Assembly (NCBI GenBank): GCA_003427395.1
Contig: BFEA01000025.1
Location: forward strand, 2,828,316-2,892,315
DNA length: 64,000 bases
Source: Chara braunii
Taxonomy: Eukaryota > Plantae > Charophyceae
Reading direction: 5' to 3'
The position numbers and the translations under genes were made by a program. The notes beneath the pieces are model-generated. The model was not told where the DNA came from. It did not search any database and saw only the letters and a list, made by a program, of their open reading frames with translations. Shown one piece after another: positions 37,745 to 50,014 of this stretch (positions are counted from its first letter, which is position 1; every line of letters starts with the position of its first letter).

Positions 37745-39420
37745 CTCGGAGAACTCCAGATAGACTTCCCAGGTCGGGACGAAGCATTGTTAATATACTC
37801 CCAAANATTGATACTCAACTGNTGCTCGTCTGTTTCCAGAAATCCATCCACAGGAACAAAGTCTTCTGCTCGATCTTTCGAGGAGTCCCACTCGATCCGA
37901 CTCAATCCATCGGCTCGATTTTGCGTCCCCACAATACGCTCGATCTTGAAATCGAACATCCAGATATAGATCAACCATCGAGCAATAGTTGGATCCGAGG
38001 GAGAATAATTCTTCAGTGACTGCGCCAGGGCAGTCGAATCCACCCGCAGGACGAACCGTCTCCCAAACACGTAGTTTCGGAAGATCCTGAAACAATGAAG
38101 CACTGCAAGGGTTTCCTTCCTAAATTGAGAATATTTCCTTTCCGCCTCATTCAGCGTTCGACTCTCAAATCTCAATGGCCTTTCTCGCCCTTCTCCATCC
38201 TTTTGGATGAGGACACCACCCAATGTGGGGCCTGCATCCGTTTCAACCACAAAGGGCCGATTCGGGTCATTGTCAAAGNCTGGAACCCCCAGGATCAATC
38301 CTCCTTCTCGAAATTGTGCCTTGATATCGTCAACTGCCGCCTGCTGCTTTGGACCNCATTCCCATTCCTGATTTTTACGCACCAACTTCCGTAGGTGCTC
38401 NACCCTTGCTGCGAACTTGNGAATGAAGATGCGNCANAATCCGCAAGTCNCCAAGAAACTNCGCACATNAGTGATGGACTTAAGNGGAGTCGGCCATTCC
38501 AGAATCTTGTTTGTCTTCTTGGAATCTGGCCGACGGNCCTTCTCATCGCACAGGAAGCCNAAGATAGTCGCCTCACACATACAATGCCGAGATTTGACAC
38601 CGCTGNCGGTGAGGTTGTACTCCTTTAACTTTGATAGGACCTTCTCCACNTTACGAACGTGCTCCCAAACAAACTTTCGAACGCCTGGCAGCACCTCCGT
38701 CTCGTCCTTGACACGTGGCCCAGGTATGGCCAGATCATCNATATAAGGTGAGGTCACGTCCGGACAAAGTGNNTGCATGACTCTCATCATATATCTCTGA
38801 ACAATTGCTACGGCGTTCGTCCATCCTNNANGCGCNGCACANATATGAATTAATCCCCTCGGCGTATGCATGNCCGTCATCGGCCTGTCTGCCGTATAGA
38901 GAGGGAATTGATCATATCNTGAGTACAAGTCGATGAGAGTGATGATAGGTCTNCCTGCGCACGACTCAGACANCTGATCGGCATGTGGAAGTCCTCNGGC
39001 ATCANGAACCGTCACCGAGTTNAGCTTNTGCAAGTTCTGCACNCATCGCAATANGCCANTTGGCTNGATAAAACAAAACCAGNGAGACNCATATGGTCCA
39101 TATGAGTAATCCGCGACCTTTGTCCGAATTTTGNCGTCCAGNTATTCGACAATTCTACGATGANCATCTGGATTNGGATAACGCGGGNCTCGTATGTTCC
39201 ACGACTCGTGAGGTACCGTATNAATCCTGATCATTGGAATCATGTCAACGTCAAGCCTCCCTCGCTCATCATCATCGAAGGCATAAGCCAAATGGGTTTT
39301 CTTCATGACACTGANAAGGAAGTCCACCTCCTTTTCAGTAAGCGACCCTTCCTCTCCAATGATCATATTCTTAATCCTCTCCTCCGTCAATCGACATGGC
39401 GCCTTCATACTTTTTTTCCT
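37717..39420 (-). pseudogene. Gypsy RT-RNase H, copy 2
   Basis: Identical to copy 1 including N positions. Confidence 0.88.
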
Positions 39421-40276
39421 NNNNNNNNNNNNNNNNNNNNNNNNNNNNNNNNNNNNNNNNNNNNNNNNNNNNNNNNNNNNNNNNNNNNNNNNNNNNNNNN
39501 NNNNNNNNNNNNNNNNNNNNNNNNNNNNNNNNNNNNNNNNNNNNNNNNNNNNNNNNNNNNNNNNNNNNNNNNNNNNNNNNNNNNNNNNNNNNNNNNNNNN
39601 NNNNNNNNNNNNNNNNNNNNNNNNNNNNNNNNNNNNNNNNNNNNNNNNNNNNNNNNNNNNNNNNNNNNNNNNNNNNNNNNNNNNNNNNNNNNNNNNNNNN
39701 NNNNNNNNNNNNNNNNNNNNNNNNNNNNNNNNNNNNNNNNNNNNNNNNNNNNNNNNNNNNNNNNNNNNNNNNNNNNNNNNNNNNNNNNNNNNNNNNNNNN
39801 NNNNNNNNNNNNNNNNNNNNNNNNNNNNNNNNNNNNNNNNNNNNNNNNNNNNNNNNNNNNNNNNNNNNNNNNNNNNNNNNNNNNNNNNNNNNNNNNNNNN
39901 NNNNNNNNNNNNNNNNNNNNNNNNNNNNNNNNNNNNNNNNNNNNNNNNNNNNNNNNNNNNNNNNNNNNNNNNNNNNNNNNNNNNNNNNNNNNNNNNNNNN
40001 NNNNNNNNNNNNNNNNNNNNNNNNNNNNNNNNNNNNNNNNNNNNNNNNNNNNNNNNNNNNNNNNNNNNNNNNNNNNNNNNNNNNNNNNNNNNNNNNNNNN
40101 NNNNNNNNNNNNNNNNNNNNNNNNNNNNNNNNNNNNNNNNNNNNNNNNNNNNNNNNNNNNNNNNNNNNNNNNNNNNNNNNNNNNNNNNNNNNNNNNNNNN
40201 NNNNNNNNNNNNNNNNNNNNNNNNNNNNNNNNNNNNNNNNNNNNNNNNNNNNNNNNNNNNNNNNNNNNNNNNNNNA

Positions 40277-41495
40277 GTACCATCATGCTTATTGAAGATG
40301 ATGGATTCTGATCGACAGAGAAAAACTCTGCCCAGCAACACGGCATGCTCAAACCTGGGTAGCACATAGAAATATGAACGGACTTTGACTTTACCAACTT
40401 GTATCGTCATGTCACTCGCCGTTCCGCAAAAGGGAGTTATCCCACTTGCACCCACAAAAAATCCAGTATCCGCTCGATTGATGTTGACGCCTGCCCCCAG
40501 GGCTGCTCTCACGTATGATGTTCATCTCAGCTCCGTCGTCGATGAGCGTCGAGTATTCACACGGCCCAACTTGCACCTTCAATAACCCAGTTGCTACACA
40601 GTGCCAGTCCATTTTTGTCCCAGGAGGAGCCCAACTAATCTCTTGAGGAAAGATATCACTCATCTTAACCGTCATAACCTTTTTCCTTGACAATCGGTGT
40701 CTGGACTCCTCTCGAATTTTCGGTGACGCGGCCAATAATTCCTTGAGCGTGAACAAATCACGCTGGCTTTCCAAAATCTGGTCCACGATTTGCTCAATAT
40801 CCAGCCCCTGCTCTACCGGAATCGTGTAAACTTGCTTCTTCTTTTTCAACTCACCTTCCCCAATATCGGCCTTGCCCGTTTCTGGTTCCCTCTCCATGGC
40901 CCGTTGTTTGGCCTGCCGCTCATCCTCGGCCCACAACAATTCGTCCTCCTGACCATCGTCTTCTTCAATTGAAACTGTCTCGGTTTCCCAAGGCTGACTT
41001 GGTCCTTCTTCTGGCGCTGCCCTTGGCCGCGGCGGCCTTCGAGCCCTCCGAGCTTGTGGGAGACCAGCGGTGGCAGGTCGCTTGAAAGCAGGACGGGACA
41101 AAACCGTGGTGGCCATCAAATGCCCTGCCGACGACGATCCAGGCTGTGATGCGGTAACATCAGTAAGATCTCCTTATCCGTCTCTGTCCCATCCTCCAAA
41201 CAGAAAAACTTGGGGAAGCCCGGGCCACTCTTCATTCATGTCGGCACATACTCGAACGAAAGCTTCCCTGCATCGAGTAATTTTTCTAACCACTGTCTGA
41301 GCTCGTTGCAGTATATTTTCCTGCCCTTTGCTCAAACCTTCATTTCCGGCCTTGACATCCTCAATTGTCAATGACTCCATCGTCGCTTCCAACTCAATCT
41401 GTTCGACCTCTTCCGGAGAAGCCAGTCGAAAAGTTGCTGGAAGATCTCGCCCCATACGTCGAAAAGCTTCCTTTCTCATTCCTCCCTCCACATTG
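40277..41495 (-). pseudogene. Aspartic protease and gag-pol spacer, copy 2
   Basis: STLIDDGAEMNII and VLLGRVFL protease motifs; frameshift and stop present. Confidence 0.85.
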
Positions 41496-41498
41496 CTG

Positions 41499-42247
41499 GA
41501 AGATCGCACGGCCAGAAATCGGCCGCACCCCTTGTCAATTCGCGGGCTGCTCCAAAAGGAGCTAGCCCGGTAGTGCAGGTTGTTCGGTTCGATCCCCATG
41601 TCTGAAGGGTAGTAATCTGGCAACGGTACCTACTGGGCTAGGTCCTTTTCACATCAGAAAAGGAGCGGCCCTTCCATATGAAGGGCTCCTCGTGCCCAGC
41701 AGGCCCCTTGCTAACGCCTAGCAGGCTATGTCTGCTAAGCCGGCTTGCTGCCTTGGCTGGCGGGCGAGGTCGGCGGCCGACAGCCTTAACAGCTGCCATA
41801 CTTAGCCAGCCTCGACGCCTTCGCCCCGGGGTCCTTGGCGCAAAAGCCGTATGGACCCTAAGTCATCCCTTCACACCGCGGTCCATCTTGCCGTGGCGAC
41901 CCCTTCTTGGCCCGCTTAGGCCCTGAATCGCGCGGCTGTTAAGCCGCGCGGCCTTATTATAGGTAGAGTAGGCTCAACTTTAGTTTCCCCACGACCGCAC
42001 ACCAGCGAGGCCTCGTCGAAACCCATGGACGACAGTGTCGACCCCCGTTATCCCGCACGGATGTCGGTGTCGTCCTGCGTCGACGACGTCAGGTTCAAAA
42101 AGTTCAAGTCTTTCATTCATAGCGCTGGTCTGGATAACCTCTGGGAACGTCAATCTCATCAAGTCTTCTAATTAAGTAAGAAAGTCAGACAGCGTCCGAC
42201 GTTGAAAAACATGGGCAGACACCCTTGTGAGGGTTTCTGCCCCGACA
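41499..42247 (-). repeat. Truncated terminal LTR (U3-end ~750 bp)
   Basis: Matches 20090-20840; fused directly to the gag-pol spacer. Confidence 0.88.
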
Positions 42248-42251
42248 ACGG

Positions 42252-44814
42252 GATGTCACTCGTTATACCTTTATGGAGCCTGATCAGTGTGCTTATGCAC
42301 GATTGATCATAGTTACGGAGCGTTGTTTGTCATTTCATTTTAGGCGTTAGCCTGGTGTGAAACTGGCGTTTTAGAAGCGGCAATCACCAAGGTGAGCGTT
42401 GTATGAGGCGCCAACCCTTCAAGGTTATATTTCCACGTCGAGGAATTGTTGTCGCAAAATGAATTAGGACGGGGATGTGAAAATCTATGGTGGCTCGCGG
42501 AAGTAATTATATGGGAGCGAATCTGACAGGAAGCAAACCAGTTACTATTATCGTGAGCGTTGTATTTTACGATATTGTTGACCGATAATGTTACGATGTT
42601 CGAACCAAGCAAGAACTATTGGACAATATGTGAAATTGGCTCGTATGTCATAAGCGGTGTTTATATTTTCTCCATAAATTTTGTTTTTCCGTCTGGGTGA
42701 TGGAAGCAACAACACTTATTGGTTTTCTAAGGCTGCGCATGGAATGTCTTTTTTTTTTCAGTTTGAAGCTCTGATTAGTCATGGATTATTCTTCTTTTTT
42801 TTATGTTGTCGTGCTTCTTGTAAGTAATAGGGTTAGAGTTATATATGTCTTTGGTCGTATTGTGGTTTTCATTGTTATGGACTGCTTTTCGGTTATTTGG
42901 GTGTTGTTTTCTTATTCTTTAGTGTTTGTGCGGTGTTTCTTTGAGCCAATAAATTGTAATGGTTTGCAATAAGCAGGAGAGGGGCGAGAGAGCGAGAGTG
43001 AGTGGGAAAGAGACAGAGACAAAAAAAAATAAGGAGAGCCAGAGAGAGTAAGAGAGATAACCGTCTTCGTTCGTGTTGCCTTGAATAAACTTTGTTCTTA
43101 AACCACCCGTACTTGGCCTAGTTATCGGCAACATAAAAAAAAATAGTGTAAAAATATTTATAATCGGATAAATTTTGGCGCTCTTATAGTGGCCCGTACG
43201 TTTCCTAAAATTGTGGCTTGTTAACGGGTGCGACTTTAGGAAGTATTAGTGGTTTAAGGGTATAAACAGATTGATTGGTGATCAACCTTTAGTTCATGAC
43301 GACTATGAATACTTTGATGTTGCGTTGGGTTCCTTTACTTTTCACTAACAATTTTCACTTTCAACAATTCAAACTTTACTTGTGGATCACATTACCTTTG
43401 ATAAGTTTTTTTTTCAATGGTAAAGAGGCGTATAAACTCATGATCAACCTTTATTTGTGGCATAAAGGTTTCATTGTACCATGGCTGAGGGAAAATTTCA
43501 TGTGTTGTGCTCTTTGTTAGTTGTGAGGATGTGGGTCACAAATAACGGGTATGAATCCTTTTACGTTGCATTGGGTTATTGTGCTTTTCGATAGCAAGTT
43601 TCACTTTTAGTGAATCAACCTTTGGTTTATGTTATGGTCAGTTGCGGACTAACTTTGAATTTTTTAATTTTGTTATAGTGTTTAATGTGGGAAGTAAGAG
43701 AGGGGTGAAAGAGAAAAAAAAAATGTTTTGGTGTGCGTTGCCTTTTATAATAGAGTGAAAGATAGACTGAAGATCAACCTTTACCTTTGGCAAAAAAAAA
43801 TTATTATATTGTGGTTGAGGGAAAATTTTGGGTGTTGTACTTCTTGTCAATTGTGAAGATGAGGGTTACGAGTAGCGGATACGAATCCTTTGACATTACA
43901 TTGGGTTATTTTGCTTCTCATTGCAATCTTCATTTTTAAAGAATGATGACCATGTATATTTTATACCAGAATTTTTCAACAAATTATTTTTGTACGTATT
44001 ACAATACCTTACATTAATAGGTTTGGTAGATGGAGGAGGCAGATGCACTTACAACTTGTTTGCGTCAATAAGTAAGTTGACATATACAGTGAGTAGGTTC
44101 GTTGAATAGTGTGATCATTTATTCTCTATAGTTTGAAAGATATTAGGTGCGTTAGTCGGTAACCTACTTGCAATCTTTGTGTTACTTATAGGAGGGGCAA
44201 ACTCGTGAAGTGCAATATTTTTTGTGAGGAAACTGACTAGCTGGGATATAATCCAATACTCCTAGAGGTGTAGGACAACCCAACTATCATGGTTTATTTG
44301 TAATTGGATGTATTGTCTTCGACACTAAGTCAATTTATAATAAAATAATTTGACCTCTCCCCCCCCCCCCCAAAAAAAGAGGAATCGAGGGGAAAAAAAA
44401 AACAAACTAACAATAATAATCANNNNNNNNNNNNNNNNNNNNNNNNNNNNNNNNNNNNNNNNNNNNNNNNNNNNNNNNNNNNNNNNNNNNNNNNNNNNNN
44501 NNNNNNNNNNNNNNNNNNNNNNNNNNCCCTTGTACGGGTATTCGCACCGACAACGGTCCGGTCATTCGTCGTTTGCATTTGTTTAGGCAGGTTAGGCATA
44601 CCCCTAAGTTGGGGCAGTCTAGTCTCTGTCTCTTATACACATCTAGATGTGTATAAGAGACATGTACACGCTTGTGTGATATAATCTTGTCTATTGATAA
44701 CTCCATATAAAAAAGTTGAGCCGTGCGATACAATTTTATTTGACTTCACCTACTCATTATAAGGTTCGACTCTAATAGTCCAGCCATAATGCATTCGATT
44801 GTTGAACAAAGCAC
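42252..44814. repeat. 2.9-kb tandem unit copy 2, 3' part
   Basis: Matches 11816-14401. Confidence 0.9.
44626..44662. other. Nextera mate-pair junction adapter (assembly artefact)
   Basis: CTGTCTCTTATACACATCT-AGATGTGTATAAGAGACA. Confidence 0.98.
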
Positions 44815-47002
44815 TCTCCAAGCTATGGCATCCCTCAGTTGTCTCCCTCACTATGTCGTGGTCTACTTCTTTCCATGTCCATTTTTTCCTTTTTAGCCAG
44901 TGCACCGCTTATTCATGGCTCACCCCATACGTATTTTATTGTAATTACAATCATGGTAGTACTGAATGAAAGTGTGGAAAATGATATGATATGCACCACT
45001 TCAAGATAACTAATGAACAAGAATAATAATTAAAAAAAAATCAGTCACTTGAAATGTACGCAAAATATTTATTAGGCCTGACCCAATCATAAGGGAACAT
45101 TAAGTTTGCAACAAAAAGAATAATATGTGACAATAATGACGAAGACCGTGGATGATGAGGATGCTCGAGAGAAGGGCTATGACACTGTCAGTGTGAGCAT
45201 GACTGTAATAACAACAATGAATAAGGTTGACCATAAGTGGAAAGATGATGGTAGTGAAAACGACGGACCAGAGGAAGAAGGCAGGGAAGGGGAAAAAAAA
45301 CGAGAGAGGAATGACGACATTGTCACGGAGAAGGTAAGCGATTTAACAGACATGCTCACACTTAAGCCAAACATATCAAATTGTAGTGAAGGAACAACGT
45401 GCTCGGTGAAAGTTCCCACCCCGTGGGTTTAACACCCATTGATCATGTATATGTTGAAACTCTACATTTGATAAGTGTCTCGCCCTTTTTCCAATCGATG
45501 GATAAAGGTTGGTCTTCATCCTCCAACAAATTCAGACACTTTATAATCTTCCCTTCTTATCATTGCACCTCACTATTCTACAGGTCGAGCCTGAGGGACC
45601 GAGAAGACCCCTTTTCCTTCTCTTCCTATTCTCATTTTTCACTTATTATTCTACCTAATTTTTTTTTTTTAATCTTCTCTCTAAGTCAATTATGCCCCTC
45701 TTTATTATTTTCAAACTCCTTACTAAGGCACAATTGACGTTACCAAATAAGTCGCTCAATCGGCTGTCGCCTTCTTCAGTTTATATGCACTCACTCGTTT
45801 ATGGGATCAACTACGTTGGCAGGTAAACAACTAATATGGTAAGTACTCATTTGCATCGACACCTTCCTCTTCACCATCTCCTTCCTCTCGTCTTCTCTCC
45901 ACTCATTTTTTTTTTCATAACAAAATCGGTAACTCTTGTTCCTCTGAAGTTAAATACTAAAGTCACAGTGCATAAGAACTTAAAATATATCGACGACTGG
46001 AAACAGGCAGGCCAAGATTCGGTGTGATGACAAAGTTTGTCATATTGGACGGGAATTTAGTAACGGACATGTTGTTATATTTGTCGCCTGCGAGTTCACG
46101 TTATTTTTTTCGCTCGTGAGTTCGTATTACCACATTTTCGCGCGTTTATCTGTGGACCTGAGAGTCTACCAGTTTGATCACGCTTGTATGTCACTCTCAT
46201 CTCATGAGCGCGTTACATCCTCCTTGCCAACACATTAATTTATACCCTTCGATGTCTTCATTTTTTTCCCCTTTAAACTGTGTATATCTTTTTCACATCC
46301 ATCAACTATTCCCTCTCGCTCTCTCTCACCCGTACTTACACATTCCCCCACTTTTTTGTATCTTGTCACCAAACATGACTATATTCATCATTCACACTAA
46401 GTATTAAGGAGATGGCATGATGACGAAGACGATGGCGATCTCAATGCGATCACGGAGCATTGTCGAGCGACCGACGTGGTAACGATCATGACTTTCATAT
46501 GACGATTATGAAAAGAGCGAGCATTATCTCGACCATTTTTTCTTTACTCGTTCCTCTTTCTTTCCTTCTTCTCCTTCTTCGATACCTTTCTCAACTTCAC
46601 CCTGCACTCTCGTGTTTTCCCTCATCATGCGTCTGTCTCCTCGTCCTATCTGTTCCTCATCTTCCTTCACCGCACACATGTGGTTTGCACCTGCGCATTC
46701 CTTATTTTCCTCCTCCCCCACGTAACACTCTTTCGTCGCTACTAGAGAAGAAGACCATCGAGTGATAATTGAAGAAACCAATGCGTTCCTTCTTCCCACT
46801 TCTCTTCTTCCTTCCCCTGCTTCATTTTCCTCCTTTTTTTTTTTTTTTTTTTTTTTGTCGTCTTCCTTGTCCTCATCGACGTCTGCGTTTTTCATTTTTC
46901 GCCTTCACACTCTATATGGTCGAGGAGTTCGTTGCAAAGTGTCACTCAAAGGCGCATGCTCTTTTTAATTGAAACTGACTTTGCTATAGTAGCTGGTATC
47001 GT

Positions 47003-48300
47003 CACTGTGTCGAATCGAAAAACGTGGGTACATACCCGTGTAAGGGTATTAACTCTGACAAGGGGATAAAAAAACGACGTTGAGAAGTCAAGGAAAGAGG
47101 GAGAAGGAAAGAGACCCATAACAATGGATGCTGGTTGTAAGGATAATTTCGATCACCAAGTAATTCGACATATGAATCATTTGGTTGGACTACATCATTC
47201 CCCGAATCAGGTATGCAAATGGTATTTTGCCCTGATAAGTCACTGGTTTTAGCATTCCGATAGTTGGGGATAACCACAATTTTGCGATATCAACCTTTAA
47301 CTGTCCAGACATAGATATAATTTATGTAGGTCATTCCTCGGGTACAGACTCAAGTTCGTCTCTTGAAGTGGGTATAAAGGGAATTCCCATCTTTAAATAT
47401 GATACATTTTTTTTTTTTTTTTATAAAGAAAGTAACTCAATATAAGAACCGTAACTATAGTTCTGCTATGCAGTTGGCGAGGCTCCGTCTATTAGTGGGA
47501 AGTAATACCTATTGACAAATTTGAACCAAAGTCTCAATCATATACCTTGCAGAGTCAGGGACTAGGTCCTACTTCCACATGTTATTTATCATTCATTGCA
47601 AAATAATTAGATTAATAGTCAAAATCAAGAACACACAAATGTGACATATTCAACAACCAAACTTTTTCAGCGTCATAGAAGGCTGCCTGATGCACCTTTT
47701 GAATAAAGTTCATCATTTTTTCCGACTAACTCGATAGGTTCTTAAGAAGGTTGATCAGACACGTGTTGTGGTAAATTAAAACATGGAAAGTTTCGAATAT
47801 CAATAGCTTCTCAAATAAATAAATTATGTAAAGATTATCAACCCTTCTCATTTATTGGAAAGATATTATGAATTTTACATGTAGGTCTCGCGCCCAGTCC
47901 CTGATGTCATAATTCCCGCACACCATGTAACATAGCAAAAGTGATATGCTCATATGTCGAAACGAGGATGTAATGTTCAGTCGTACATACAAGTCATCGG
48001 AGGTCATAATCTAGTCCCTATAAAAGTGTTAGTCATAAAAATACTAACAACATCCAAAAAAAATCATGAAACATCAATTAAGTGTGAACCAACTGATTTA
48101 TAAACCAGGGGTTATTACTGGTAAAAAACGATACACAACTGCGAGTTACATCCAATACAAGAGACCGCAACAATTCATAAGGGGAACACTTCTTAATTTG
48201 AATGGTTTCGAAAGTGTTGTTGTATTCTTGCGACCTTATAAAAAATGTTAGGGTAGTCAATGGCACAAGGGGTCATAACTAGGAATTGAATGAGAGGGAG
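47003..48300 (-). mobile_element. Old Gypsy relic: LTR U3 terminus (to 47060) plus degenerate 3' internal region
   Basis: GAAAAACGTGGGTACATACCCGTGTAAGGGTATTAACTCTGACA resembles the LTR end at 20797-20840; peptide remnants on the minus strand. Confidence 0.5.
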
Positions 48301-49571
48301 AGTGATAAGAGATATACAAAACATTAAAATAGAGGAACAATTTTTGAAACTTACAAACGTTATCTCGCTACTTCACAAACAATCCTTGCAACTAACTCTT
48401 CAAGCAAATTTACTCATTATGTAAGAATCATTATGTTAATTTATTAGCAGTATAGTCAGATTCACCGCTCTGTTTATCGATAGTGATGTATCTCCGCTAC
48501 CAGATTATCAAATTTGTAATACGTCTCATGAGACTCATGACGTTGCTTTATTAGTGGTAACATAACCCATATTAAAATTATAGAGTTATATATATTACAA
48601 GACCTATTATATTTCCTTAACGATGCTGACATATCATTGCATTCAAACCATAGAATCAAACCATACATTATGAAAGGTTTATTGCAGTACTTTATTGATA
48701 ATAATGCATTCTCACTTTGCAAATGAACAAATTATTTTGTCACACCGTTTTATTAGCACTTTGCATCTCTACACTTCAAACTAATTATGTTATTTTATTT
48801 ATCTAAGAAGTTTATCACATACAGGTGAAGCTTATTCCGCTCTTTTATCAACGGTAACATATCCCCACCACCGAAGTTCTACACCATATAATATTATGAT
48901 ATATGACATAGTACAAGAGACATGTCATACTAGCTTATCAATGATAATGCATCCCCACCTTTTAAATTCATATACCACCCAATTTTGTTCAATGAGGTCC
49001 ATCACACCGCTTTATGTGAGGTATGCATTTCCACCTAACAACGATTTTGTGAAAACGGACATTTTATATTTTTTGAACGAAAACAAAATTGACATTTTCA
49101 TTGTGTTTTTTTTTTTCCAATAAAAATTCAAAATTCGAGGTTTGGGGTATGGGCAGACACGTTAGGGGTAAGGGGCTTAGGGGTAAGGGATCAGGGGTAA
49201 AGGGTGAGGGGTAAGATGTAAACAGTATAGCGCAATATGTAACGCACACTATACACTGTTTCTCTCACAAATAGTTTTATATGACCTACATTCGTCTTCA
49301 TGTAAGCATAACATCGAACAACATGTATATACTAGTCACGAGTCACTGTGTCTAAAGCCAATCGATGACGTATTGCGGGTATGTCATCATCGATGAAAGA
49401 GAAAGGCAGAAGGTGACCTCTTGCCAAGAGCAATGCGTACGTGAGCATGAAAACCCCGCATTCATTCGTATCACGTTGTTTCGGAATGCCCTGTACATTT
49501 TATATGTGATTGAAGGGTTTCAAGTCCACCTCTTTGCGTTGTGATATCGATCTTTCGAATAAAAACTTTGC

Positions 49572-49804
49572 AAACCCGCCGGTCACTTTTCTTGCCAAGT
49601 CCAGTTGGGGTTGAGGAAGTCGTAAAATTTGAATTTTTTCCTTCCGAAGTTTGTTACGACGAGCGTCCAGTGGTTGATGTGTACGATAAACCCGCCGGTC
49701 ACTTTTCTTGCCAAGTCCAGTTAGGGTTGAGGAAGTCATAAAATTTGAATTTTTTCCTTTCGAAGTTTGTTACGATGAGCGTCCAGTGGTTGATGTGTGC
49801 GATA
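49572..49804. repeat. 116-bp tandem duplication
   Basis: AAACCCGCCGGTCACTTTTCTTGCC at 49572 and 49688. Confidence 0.9.
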
Positions 49805-50014
49805 TGAAAAAGAACGATGATCAAATCCATGTCACTTATTATGACGCCTTTCTACCAATCCTGCACCTCTCGCCTTGATACCTTATTTCACTGTTAAAAA
49901 GTTAAACGAAGAAAAAAAAAACTCCATACCGATATTATAGGAATGTGACTCTTTCCTGTTCTAATCACAGTCGAACGTGAAGGGGCGCGAACACGTTCGC
50001 CGTGCTATGCAGAC

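Larger units (their letters stand above)
14726..42247 (-). mobile_element. Ty3/Gypsy (non-chromovirus, Athila-like PBS) LTR retrotransposon, tandem LTR-int-LTR-int-partial LTR
   Basis: TGTCG...CGACA termini; gag-PR-RT-RH-IN order on the minus strand; tRNA-Asp PBS; empty site visible in tandem copy 1 (TTGCGGGATGTCAC). Confidence 0.92.

Noticed and set aside
37717-40512. 931-aa intact pol ORF
   Set aside because: Its length depends on an ~856-N gap, and the flanking frames are broken
44626-44662. Tn5/IS50 end or biological palindrome
   Set aside because: Exact Nextera mate-pair junction adapter next to a gap; absent from the paralogous unit near 14250
49160-49215. Interstitial telomere
   Set aside because: Only a few degenerate (T/A)AGGG(G) units with no consistent telomeric repeat; at most a G4-capable tract
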